A stretch of DNA of 64,000 nt, from positions 2,790,001-2,854,000 of the forward strand of contig OZ176050.1 of assembly GCA_964247055.1 (NCBI GenBank), written 5' to 3'. A model generated the notes under the pieces. It was not told the DNA's origin and did no database searches. It worked only from the letters and a program-made list of their open reading frames with translations. This document shows positions 51,170 to 63,300 of this stretch, piece by piece. The DNA comes from Paragordius varius. Taxonomy: Eukaryota > Animalia > Nematomorpha. Positions within the stretch are counted from its first letter, which is position 1. The number at the start of each line of letters is the position of its first letter. A program made the position numbers and the translations under genes.

Positions 51170-51780
51170 AGGGTCACAATGTAACTACCAAACTGGAATT
51201 CTGGAATGAGTTTTATCAGATTCACAAAATGTTCCCGCAAACTACACACTTTTGATAGGCGGGGAGTTTAATAGACACAATAGAATGCACGTTTATGGTT
51301 ATAAAGAAATACAGGGTGGAGTAGGGATTGCCCGTAACGAAAAGGGCTCGCTTTATTTAGTAATTTAGATCTATTGATACTTAAAAAAAACCTTGTCTAT
51401 TAATATAAAAGCCGCACCTATTGCCTCTATAAATATTGAAGCAGTAAACAAGTACAACCTGGGTACAATAGCAGCCAATATCAAGAACGCCATAATAACC
51501 CAAACACATCAAGTTTGCGCCAAATTTCATCAATTTAATTATAAACCTAAAATGTAAAAATTATACTATAACCATTCGCTTTTATCTCACATATGCTTAC
51601 GAATGTTGGCCCTTAAAACACAATCAGAATAAAGTATGTAACAGAAAAAAAATCTTCAACCTATGTCTCACCAATCGCTATCACAATGATAAAACAAATA
51701 ACAATAATAAAATTTTACATAATCTTCCAAACTGACTCCACTTTTCTCAGAGCAAATTATTTCAGATACTGAAACCATAA
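51170..51780 (+). mobile_element. Very decayed, internally deleted RTE-like LINE remnant
   Basis: Fragments resembling APE (EFWNEF, IGGEFNRH, RNEKG) and the C-terminal LTYAYECWPL; weak. Confidence 0.4.
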
Positions 51781-52132
51781 CGCTCAAGTGGTTGGATCAA
51801 TATTAAGATTTTTTTATCGAATGGCAATTCAAAATGAGAGGGCTTCTTAAACTTTTGTAGTTCCCGACCCCATTTATGATGGCGTTTTTCTTAACGACCC
51901 CAACAAATATAAAAGAAAAATAATAGTTATCGAAATAACACTTAGAAATTTCGTTGATAATATTATCGGGATAATTTCGGTAGAGAATAAATTTTTATAA
52001 ATTTCTATAACATTTTCGGATTCTTAGTTAAAATTTATACAGGATAATTTCGGTTTTGATTGGCAAAATAAATCTATTTTTTATATAAATTTTTATGACA
52101 TTTTCTGATTCATAGTAAATTTATACTAGATA

Positions 52133-53357
52133 CTAGCTGGCCCTGTCACGCTTCGTTGTGACGCAGTCGCACCGATAATAATTTTTATTAATTTGCAATA
52201 AATAGAGATAATGGAGATAAAAATAATAAAAAACATATTTAATAAAAAGAATGTCTTCAATTATTATGAGACGGGTTTTTGTGGGGCTCAAATAGTGTTT
52301 ACTCGAAATTGGCCATATTTACACTGTCCTTTATTAAAGTTAATATAATATCATTGGTTATTTTAATTCGTTTTACGATATCATGGTTGAAAGTTTTATT
52401 TTGAAATTGTTTTCACACAGCTGGGATCAAGGTATACAAAAAGTAAATCATTTGTGGTTCAAGGAAAGAATGATATTATACTAATTATCCAGAAATGTGT
52501 TTAACTGAACTTGTATGGCTGCTTATTTGAAATTATCTCCAAAACTACGCCATTTTTATATGGCGTCTCTATTTTAAACCGGTAGACCCCAACCCATAGT
52601 TTGGAAAAAGCGCTGGGTTAAATTCTTTTTTACAGGGCAAATATTTGGAATCATGTTTGATACCATCGTCTCATGGGTTGTTCAAAAAAATACCTCAACA
52701 CTAAATAATCGTTATATGATGGCGAGGGCTTAAGACCCCAAATTAACGATTAAAAAAGCCCGGCCTTAATTTTTACCTAGTTACGGGTCATATTTCAAGC
52801 TTTTAAGAGCTCATATGGCTTCATATCTGTAAATTATCTCCAAAACAACCCAATTTCTATATAGTGGCGCAGTTTTAGCGGCTATCTGTTTACCCAGCAG
52901 CCAATATTAAAGAAAGGCAAGACTAAAATTTTTACCTTACAGGGAAAACCTGGAATCCTCATTGAATTTTCTACGGTCTTATACCCCAGGCAAAAAATTA
53001 TTTATTTTTTTTTGAAAAAAATAGCATTTTACGGGGGAAGAGGGTAAAAAAAGAGCCTAATTCAAAAAAGTAAGCCGACTATGTTCGGTGCAATCGAAAA
53101 AAGGTAAAAAAATCATATTTGAAATCGACCAACACGTTTTTCGGAAATAAAGACAATTTTTGTGAACTTATGTTTTCAAAAAACCCGTTTTTACACGGGG
53201 TGGGCCCGAACTGGGGGCTCAACTCAAAAAAGGGTAAATCTATTGTCGGGGCATTTATAAATGATTATATTTGACATTTGGATTTGAATGGGTTTAACGG
53301 TTTTCCGGAAACTGATCACAACGCCAGCCATATTTATAAATATATATATTATAATGA
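52133..53357 (-). mobile_element. Non-autonomous Helitron-like element, about 1.2 kb
   Basis: Minus-strand 3' hairpin GTCACAACGAAGCGTGAC followed by CTAG|T. The 5' ~330 bp is homologous to 12220-12560 (GACTATGTTCGG.GCAATCGAAAA, ACGGGGTGGGCCCGAACTGGGGGC). Internal subrepeats are shared with 57940-59100. Confidence 0.75.
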
Positions 53358-54516
53358 TCGATATAGAATGCTGGTATAAACAGTCTTTCCGAAGTAGAAG
53401 ATTTTAGGATATATATAATACGAAAATTGTTATTTATCTTTCTAACAATAATTTTACAAGTTTAAAACATATTTTATTTTGTATTTTTATCACTCGCGAC
53501 CCCAAATAAGGTCGCCACCCATAGTTTAAGAAGCCCTGAGTTAGACCATAACATGATTGGGGCCCAACGATCAGCCAAGATATAAACATAACTCAATTGA
53601 CTAACGATGTCTCGATCGTAGATTATTTCGCTCATGGTTTTAAAATATCTCTAATGGACTTTATAAGAATATCCAGCATAGATTTGAAACCCCGATTTTC
53701 TAGGCCCTTTAAAACAAGCTGTTTTTTTATAAGCATGGTTTTTACTATTAGTGGTTTTGAGCACGGCCAATTCAAAAAAAGCGGCTTAGCTACTTGTTTA
53801 ATCATGCTTGAACTGGCATAATTTTCTGGAATATATTTTAAGTGCAACAAGTTACATTCATTATACCACATTTCGCTTCTAAGATATATAACAATTTTAA
53901 ACTTGAATTTACGCAGTTCAGAGAAGTGTAGAGCAGGAACGAAGTAGGCTATTTATATTTTTGATCATGTTTTAGCTATAAAATAATGTCCCTCTAGAAA
54001 CAAATTCTATAAAAAATACTTGGTGTGTGTAATTTTGTTTAACCGCGGAAACACGTTTAATATTTATAATATAAATTCCAGTTACAATTCAAGCATTTCC
54101 ATATATTAAATATATGCTGAACTTAAAATTTTATTTTATAAAAAATGTGCAATATTAGACTATACATTCCATTGTATGTGAGCCCAAAATTAGGAAATAT
54201 TTGGGCGCTAAATCTTTCATATATTAGAAAATAGATATATAAAACAAATGGACATTGCACTATAAATATGATTCTATATTTATAGTCAATCGGTTAAAAT
54301 TATTTATAAAAAATATATATAACTGTAGTATCTATATCCTCTGCGATAAAAAACGCATATATTTTAAGATTTCACGAATAAAATATAAGAACTATATAAA
54401 AGAAATATATTTGCTAGTACAACAAAAAAATTTATTTATTTTTATCATATATATTCGTATCCTAGAAAATTTAATTTTTGATATATTACCATATGTTAAA
54501 TGAATGAATTTACAAT

Positions 54517-55212
54517 ATGAATGATTTAAATTTCGCTGTGGTCTGTTCAAGTAATATGAATAGAAGTATGGAGATTCATCATCTTTTATCCAAAAGAGGA
54601 TTTAAAGTCAAATCGTTTGGGACAGGTTCTCAAGTTAAATTGCCAGGAATGAGTGCAGACAAGCCAAACACCTACGATTTCGATACAACATATGATTATA
54701 TTTACAAAGATCTTGAGAAAAAGGATAAGTCTTATTATACTCAAAATGGGATTTTAAATATGCTTGACAGAAACAGGCGAATAAAACCTCACCCAGAACG
54801 TTTTCAAGATTATTTTACAAAATTTCTCGATTATTATGCTGGGACTTACGACGGAGACGAAAAATTTGAAAAGTTTGATGTTATATTCACGTGTGAAGAA
54901 AGAGTTTTTGATCAAGTTGTAGATGATTTATGGAATTGGATGCCGCCTGATAAGCTTACTTCCAGGTAACGAAATTTATAAATTGTATATAGGCAAAAAA
55001 ATAATTATATAAATTCATATACTCCAGTTCATGTAATTAATTTGGATATTATTGATAATCATGAGGAAGCTACACTTGGGGCATTTTTAGTTAATGAGAT
55101 TTGTGAATTAATGAAAAAATCCGAAGATTTGGACAATGACATGGATGAGATCCTTACCGAAGTCGAACATAGCTCAAACAAAATTCTGTTGCATAATATT
55201 TGTTTTTATTAA
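54517..55212 (+). CDS. SSU72: RNA polymerase II CTD phosphatase Ssu72. Exons 54517-54965 and 54993-55212, single 27-nt intron
   Basis: Catalytic VCSSNMNRSME, VKSFGTGSQVKLPG, NMLDRNRRIKPHPERFQ and TCEERVFDQV. After removing 54966-54992 the frame continues PVHVINLDIIDNHEEATLGAF..CFY*. Confidence 0.95.
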
Positions 55213-55608
55213 TTAGACCATTATTTAAATTTTAAGAATAAATTTAATTTAATAACGCATTTTAATTTTCAAGCATAAACAGATATTGGACGGAACTCCC
55301 TTTTTTAAATTTAAATACATGTTTTTTGGAACGATAAAAGGTTTTAAGTATCGTTTTTATAATGGAATGGCCATTGGTTTTTTTATAACATTTTTCAAAT
55401 AAAAAAATATAAATATAATTGGGCATATATTAGCGAAATCTTTTTTGGATCCGGAACATTCGGCCATGCTTTTTTTAAGAAATGTATCTAAACAAACAAA
55501 ATTCTGGATACCAATATACGCGGCCCTGGGGCTGCGGTTCTAAGGGGCTCTTTTATGGCCCTGCATTATTGAATTATTTTCTGAGTTCAAAAGTATAATA
55601 TATATATA

Positions 55609-56999
55609 CCATTTCCCAGTCTAAATAAACGTTTTCCCACTCAATCGAAACATTTTCCCAATCAATCGAAACATTTTCCCAGTCAATCGAAACGTTTTCC
55701 CAGTCAATAAAAACATTTTCCCAGTCAATAAAAACATTTTCTCAGTCAATCGAAACGTTATCCCAGTCAATAGAAACGGTTTTATTTTTGATGATAAATA
55801 TCAAAACAAGAATATAAAAACACCTTTTAACCATTATTAGCCTAATATTAGGATATAATTTTTTATAAAAACACAATTATTGAATGACAATTTTTCCAAG
55901 TATATTCCTGTGCACAATCATTAATGATTTATTCTTTAAATATTATATTTTTGGAATTTGAGTTAAGATAATATTTTTTATTTTATCGACGCATTTATAT
56001 ATGCGGCTAACTTATAAAATCTATACTTACGGATTAAATAATAAAATTTATAAAAATATACCATTTTTATCACAAAGTCATTTAACACTTTATATTGGAT
56101 CTAAACATAAACTTTACGCCAAGTTTTTTTAATATTTATAATTTGATTCATTGGAGGCTCAACGCTGCCTTCTGATAATCTTTGTGCGGCCCGCGAAAAA
56201 TTTGGAAAACGCAAAAATATGCCCACAAAATCTTAGTATTAATCATATTTTTTACGTATTATTATGAATGGGTCTATTAAATTGGTAAAAAATTGTTATA
56301 TTGTGTTTGTATTTTGCAGTCTTATAAAATTATGTGAATGCCCGTATATATTTCGAATGGAAAACCGTGCGCTTTTTGAGTTAAAGATGCGGCCCGCGAA
56401 AGCATTTAGTTGGACACCCTTGTTTTAGTAAAATATCCTTTTTATTAAATATTTTTAGCTCAAAAACATTTTTATCAAAAAAATTTTCGTTAAGATTTTT
56501 TTCCGACAGTATATTTATCGACAAACCGGAGATATTTAAAAACTATTCTGAAGCGTTCCGCAAATATTAATGCGGACTATCGATAAAATAAAAAATATTA
56601 TCTTAACTCAAATTCCAAAAATATAACATTTAAAGAATAAATCATTAATGATTGTGCACAGGAATATACTTGGAAAAATTGTCATTCAATTGTGTTTTTA
56701 TAAAAATTAATATCCTAATATTACGCTAATAATGGTTAAAAGGTGTTTTTATATTCTTGTTTTGATATTTATCATAAAAAATAAAACCGTTTTTATTGAC
56801 TGGGAAAACGTTTTTATTGATTGGGAAAATGTTTTTATTGACTGGGAAAATGTTTCTATTGACTGGGAAAACGTTTCGATTGACTGGGAAAATGTTTCGA
56901 TTGACTCGGAAAACGTTTCGATTGACTGGGAAAACGTTTCGATTGATTGGGAAAATGTTTCGATTGACTGGGAAAACGTTTATTTAGTCTGGGAAATGG
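55609..56999. mobile_element. Foldback-type element: ~400-bp inverted arms, each containing a 21-bp tandem array, flanked by (TA)n
   Basis: Left arm 55609-55989 is the reverse complement of right arm 56580-56999; ends CCATTTCCCAG / CTGGGAAATGG. Unit TTGACTGGGAAAACGTTTCGA, about 7 copies left and about 9 right. The ~590-bp spacer has no ORF. Confidence 0.85.
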
Positions 57000-57030
<31 letters not shown>

Positions 57031-57606
57031 TTATATATTTTCAGTATTTGAAAAACTGCGTCTGATTTGGTAATCGTATTATAAAAAGTTTTTTCATGTC
57101 GAAAATTTCCGGCTTTTTTATAAAACTTTGCTTCGATTTGATCATATGCCTCTTATTAGGAAATGATCGATTATAATGATTCCAATTTAGAATTAATATT
57201 TGATAGAAATGATAAAGAAAGTAAATCATGTGTTGGGATAGGCCAATTTAATATGAAGTTATTCTCTTGTATTGTCGCAACTTAATAGACGCGGCATATT
57301 CAAAATGAAACATGTTAATAGACGTAGGATATGACATTAGATTGTCCTATTAACCAAATTTGTCAAAAATTATTGGTTTATATTAAAATATGTCCATTTT
57401 GTAGAAGATATTATTGCCAAAATATTTGTCTAAAAATCGCCAAAAAATTCAGCCTACTAAATTCGTAAATATTTATTTGCGTATGAAGCTATTATAGTAT
57501 TGCCCTTAAGACAAAAAATTCATTATATTCGGCCCGTCAAAATTTTTTGGTGATTGCTAATGCTTTTCTTATTTTATAAGCAAAAGTACAATTGTAATTT
57601 TTGAAT

Positions 57607-59576
57607 AATATAATCATTAATGAATGCCCCGACAATAGCTTCGCCCTTTTTTTAAATTAGGCCCCAGGTGTAAAAAACGGTTTTTTTAAAAAACAGAAGT
57701 CCACAAAAATCGTGTCTTTGAGACAATTTATAAGTTGGACCATTCGATTTCAAATATGATTTTTTTACTTATTTTCGATGGCCCCGAACATAGTCGGCTC
57801 GCTTTTTTAATTTAAGCCCTACTTTATTTTTCTCCCCCCTAAAATGACATTTTTTTCAAAAAATTGTCCACAAAAATAATTTTTTTAATCTATTTTCCGC
57901 CAAAAGTATGAGACAGTAAATATTCAATAACTGTTAAAAGGCATTTTAGTCAAGCGTTTCTTTGATGATAGCCCCGTTAAAAACTGACCCGTCATATCGA
58001 AATAGCGTGCTTTTGGGGTCAGAAAACATATGAGGCAATTCAATAACTGCTTAAAATATTACCCGTAATAAGGCAAAAATCTAGGTCGCGCGGTTTTTTA
58101 AAATATCCTTTAATTAAGTCCACGCCCTGATAAATGCGCCACCATAGAATGATTTTTTAGTTTTGAGGCAATTTTTCCAAAAACTAATGAGAGCAAGGTT
58201 TTCTCCGTAAATAATTTTAATCAAGCGCTTTTTTGTATCAGTCTCTGGGTAGGGAGCTACCCACCTAAAACTGCTGCACTATATCGATTTGCGTTGTATA
58301 AGAGTTTTTTTCAGAAAACTTATCAGGCCACAGAAGTTTAATATGACTCTGAAATATTACCCGTAAAAAAGTAAAAATTTAAGTCGAGCGGTTTTGTAAA
58401 ATTAGCCGTTAATAATGCCCTCTACACCCTAAAAAATGCGCTATCATTGAACTATTATTTAGTCTTGAATCCATTCTTCCAAAAATTATTAAAAACATAT
58501 GGAATGAATGACGATTTCCCTTATAAGGCAAAATTTTTTATCGAACGTATTTTTTATATTAGCCTCTGAAAAGGGGGCTACCCGCCAACCACTGCGTCAC
58601 CATATCGATGCAGCATGCCTTTGGCGCTAAATTTCAGAAAATCTATGAGACTAATAGAAACATATGGAATCCATGATAATTCTAGCATTGCCCATATTAA
58701 GCCGAAAATTTCGCCCAACTATTTTTTATACCCCTGGGTAAGGAGCTACCCGCCAAAAACTGCGCACTATATAGCAATTGCGTTGTTTTGTAGCTAATTT
58801 ACCGAAATTTTATGAAACCATATGAGCTCATTAAAAGCTTAAAATATTACCCTAGGCAAATAAGGCCAGGGTTTTTTAAATTAATTTGGGGCTCTGATGC
58901 CCTAAAAATACGCCATCAATAACGAATACTTAGTGTTGAAGTATTTTTCGAAAAACCCCTGAGACGATGATATCAAAGATAATTCCAAATATTTCCTATA
59001 AAGGCAAAGAATTTAACTCAGCGCTTTTTCCCTATAGGTCTATGGGTAGGGGTCTACCGGTTTGAAACTGAGACGCAATACAAAAATGTGGTTTCAGACC
59101 TAATTTTCAAAAACTTAAGAAGCCATACGCGATGTCAAAAATAAAGCTTTTTTGCACGTTTCACCCAATAATTGCTTATGTTTATTTATACTAAGAACAT
59201 TGTGAATAAATATTTTTTTGCTAACATTGTTAAAATTTGGTGTGCTTGGGGCCTTTATACTATTAAACTCGATCAACAATATGTTTTTAAGGCTATTTTT
59301 CGCCAAAACTATGAGATCATAATAAATTGAATAGTATAAAAAATTATTTTGTTCACCGGTGACCTATATCCGAAAGGACAAAGTTTAACTTGAGTATTGA
59401 TGCGACTAGTTTAATACATTAATTTTTAAAGTATCGTTGTAAAAATCGGATATGAAAGAGTTTGTCCAACTATCTCTATAGGAGTGCAGGCGTATAAAAA
59501 CAAAAAAATTTGTCCCCCCAAGAATTCCGAAGGACTTCCTGGGGGGGGGGGGGGGGGAGCAGCCCGAGATTTACTA
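57607..59576 (+). mobile_element. Longest copy of the Helitron-like family (about 2 kb, 5'-truncated), with degenerate internal tandem subrepeats
   Basis: 57607-57850 matches the reverse complement of 12220-12480. The 3' end CCGAAGGACTTCCT...AGCAGCCCGAGATTTAC matches the reverse complement of 11985-12030. Repeated AAAACTG...ATATCGA...GCG blocks lie at 57940-59100. Confidence 0.7.
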
Positions 59577-60399
59577 TAATTATTTTTTTTCCTAGGTGGT
59601 GAATATTTTTATTATTCAATAGACCCAATGAAGAATGGAATTGTCATACAATTTCAATTTACATTAAAAATATTCTATTAAACATTGTTTACATTTCCTT
59701 CTTGTTTACCTATTTTATATATTCAGACTTGAATCGCTTTACCAACAATCATTTATAAAGTTTTATGCTTTGTACTTTTATTAAATCAAAAAAATTATTA
59801 AAAGGCTATAATTAATTGTAAATGTAAATGTTTTCAACCTTCTAGAAAGGAAAAAATCAACATATTTTAGCAAAACAATAATATCTTGATTAATTTGCCG
59901 ACATTTTAAAGGTAATCCATATTGGTATCAGATCGAATTTTCATTGATAACAAACCAGTTAAGAATATTCATACAGTGTTAACCCTACTAGAATTATGAT
60001 ATCAATTTTGATGAAGTTACAACCACAAATTAAATACATCATCAATCACCAATTCAACCTTGATCATTCTAAAGAAAAATTGAGGTCACGTGGATCGCAA
60101 CAAAGTCAAATATATCTTCAAAATAAAACAGGGAATGATAGACACTGCACTTATAATACACAACCTCTTAAACTTATAATACCTCCCTTAATAAATTTAA
60201 TGTTAAGACATGCCTTTCGCCATTAATCAACGATTTATCACTCCTTGTATAAGATAATTGTTGATTGTCAAAAGTATTGGGTCAAAATCGAGTTTCTTCG
60301 TTAGCAAAACAATAATCATAGTCAACCTAGATAGCTACAGTACGAACCGCTAAATTTTATTTAATCTCGCTTAATAAGGTTACAAATAACCCTTGCTCA

Positions 60400-63300
60400 T
60401 CTTTAATCAACCATACTCACTCCCCGTGCCGAGAAATTATTGGGGGTTAAGAGTATTGGCGCGGGTTGAGTTTTCTTCCTCATCAGCAATGATTATCACT
60501 CAGTGACAGTACAAAACCGCTAAAGTAGATAATATCTCGCTTAATAAGGTTACAATTATCCCTTGCTCATCTTTAATCAACCATACTCACTCCCCGTGCC
60601 GATATTGGGGGTTAAGAGTATTGGCGCGGGTTGAGTTTTCTTCCTCATCAGCAATGATTATCACTCAATTACAGTACAAAACCGCTATAGTTGATAATAT
60701 CTCGCTTAATAAGGTTACAATTATCCCTTGTTTTTCATCTCAACCATACTTACTCCCCGTGCCGAGAAATTATTGGGGGTTAAGAGTATTGGCGCGGGTT
60801 GAGTTTTCTTCCACCTCAGCAATGATTATCACTCAATTACAGTACAAAACCGCTATAGTTGATAATATCTCGCTTAATAAAGTTACAATTATCCCTTGTT
60901 TTTCATCTCAACCATACTTACTCCCCGTGCCGAGAAATTATTGGGGGTTAAGAGTATTGGCGCGGGTTGAGTTTTCTTCCTCATCAGCAATGATTATCAC
61001 TCAATTACAGTACAAAACCGCTATAGTTGATAATATCTCGCTTAATAAGGTTACAATTATCCCTTGCTCATCTTTAATCAACCATACTCACTCCCCGTGC
61101 CGAGAAATTATTGGGGGTTAAGAGTATTGGCGCGGGTTGAGTTTTCTTCCTCATCAGCAATGATTATCACTCAATTACAGTACAAAACCGCTATAGTTGA
61201 TAATATCTCGCTTAATAAGGTTACAATTATCCCTTGTTTTTCATCTTTAATCAACCATACTCACTCCCCGTGCCGAGAAATTATTGGGGGTTAAGAGTAT
61301 TGGCGCGGGTTGAGTTTTCTTCCTCATCAGCAATGATTATCACTCAATTACAGTACAAAACCGCTATAGTTGATAATATCTCGCTTAATAAAGTTACAAT
61401 TATCCCTTGTTTTTCATCTCAACCATACTTACTCCCCGTGCCGAGAAATTATTGGGGGTTAAGAGTATTGGCGCGGGTTGAGTTTTCTTCCTCATCAGCA
61501 ATGATTATCACTCAATTACAGTACAAAACCGCTATAGTTGATAATATCTCGCTTAATAAAGTTACAATTATCCCTTGTTTTTCATCTCAACCATACTTAC
61601 TCCCCGTGCCGAGAAATTATTGGGGGTTAAGAGTATTGGCGCGGGTTGAGTTTTCTTCCACCTCAGCAATGATTATCACTCAATTACAGTACAAAACCGC
61701 TATAGTTGATAATATCTCGCTTAATAAAGTTACAATTATCCCTTGTTTTTCATCTTTGGTCAACCATACTTACTCCCCGTGCCGAGAAATTATTGGGGGT
61801 TAAGAGTATTGGCGCGGGTTGAGTTTTCTTCCTCATCAGCAATGATTATCACTCAGTTACAGTACAAAACCGCTAAAGTAGATAATATCTCGCTTAATAA
61901 GGTTACAATTATCCCTTGCTCATCTTTAATCAACCATACTCACTCCCCGTGCCGAGAAATTATTGGGGGTTAAGAGTATTGGCGCGGGTTGAGTTTTCTT
62001 CCTCATCAGCAATGATTATCACTCAATTACAGTACAAAACCGCTATAGTTGATAATATCTCGCTTAATAAGGTTACAATTATCCCTTGTTTTTCATCTTT
62101 AATCAACCATACTCACTCCCCGTGCCGAGAAATTATTGGGGGTTAAGAGTATTGGCGCGGGTTGAGTTTTCTTCCTCATCAGCAATGATTATCACTCAAT
62201 TACAGTACAAAACCGCTATAGTTGATAATATCTCGCTTAATAAAGTTACAATTATCCCTTGTTTTTCATCTCAACCATACTTACTCCCCGTGCCGAGAAA
62301 TTATTGGGGGTTAAGAGTATTGGCGCGGGTTGAGTTTTCTTCCTCATCAGCAATGATTATCACTTAGTTACAGTACAAAACCGCTAAAGTTGATAATATC
62401 TCGCTTGATAAGATTACAATTATCCCTTGTTTTTCATCTTTAATCAACCATACTCACTCCCCGTGCCGAGAAATTATTGGGGGTTAAGAGTATTGGCGCG
62501 GGTTGAGTTTTCTTCCTCATCAGCAATGATTATCACTTAGTTACAGTACAAAACCGCTAAAGTTGATAATATCTCGCTTAATAAGGTTACAATTATCCCT
62601 TGCTCATCTTTAATCAACCATACTCACTCCCCGTGCCGAGAAATTATTGGGGGTTAAGAGTATTGGCGCGGGTTGAGTTTTCTTCCTTATCAGCAATGAT
62701 TATCACTTAGTTACAGTACAAAACCGCTAAAGTTGATAATATCTCGCTTAATAAGGTTACAATTATCCCTTGCTCATCTTTAATCAACCATACTCACTCC
62801 CCGTGCCGAGAAATTATTGGGGGTTAAGAGTATTGGCGCGGGTTGAGTTTTCTTCCTCATCAGCAATGATTATCACTTAGTTACAGTACAAAACCGCTAA
62901 AGTTGATAATATCTCGCTTGATAAGATTACAATTATCCCTTGTTTTTCATCTTTAATCAACCATACTCACTCCCCGTGCCGAGAAATTATTGGGGGTTAA
63001 GAGTATTGGCGCGGGTTGAGTTTTCTTCCTCATCAGCAATGATTATCACTTAGTTACAGTACAAAACCGCTAAAGTTGATAATATCTCGCTTAATAAGGT
63101 TACAATTATCCCTTGCTCATCTTTAATCAACCATACTCACTCCCCGTGCCGAGAAATTATTGGGGGTTAAGAGTATTGGCGCGGGTTGAGTTTTCTTCCT
63201 TATCAGCAATGATTATCACTTAGTTACAGTACAAAACCGCTAAAGTTGATAATATCTCGCTTAATAAGGTTACAATTATCCCTTGCTCATCTTTAATCAA

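Noticed and set aside
54966-54992. Stop-codon readthrough or a non-standard genetic code in Ssu72 and other genes
   Set aside because: Every interruption is explained by a GT-AG intron with consistent phase; the standard code translates all genes and the RTE ORF.
56149-56422. hAT Charlie-like MITE inside the foldback spacer; similar end fragments near 53500-53540 and 55520-55565
   Set aside because: One end (GCGGCCCGCG...GTTGGACACCCTTG) is clear, but the partner TIR is degenerate and no TSD was found, so these were not listed as features.
56732-57073. ORF with DWENV heptad repeats; possible CRISPR-like array
   Set aside because: It is the translation of a 21-bp tandem repeat in a foldback arm, with no unique spacers and no cas genes in a eukaryotic context.
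60621-62367. Repeated ORFs (MARVEFSSSSAMIITQLQYK...) in the satellite
   Set aside because: The frame stays open only in 168-bp variants; 170- and 173-bp units shift the frame, and degenerate relatives do not conserve it. Treated as non-coding.
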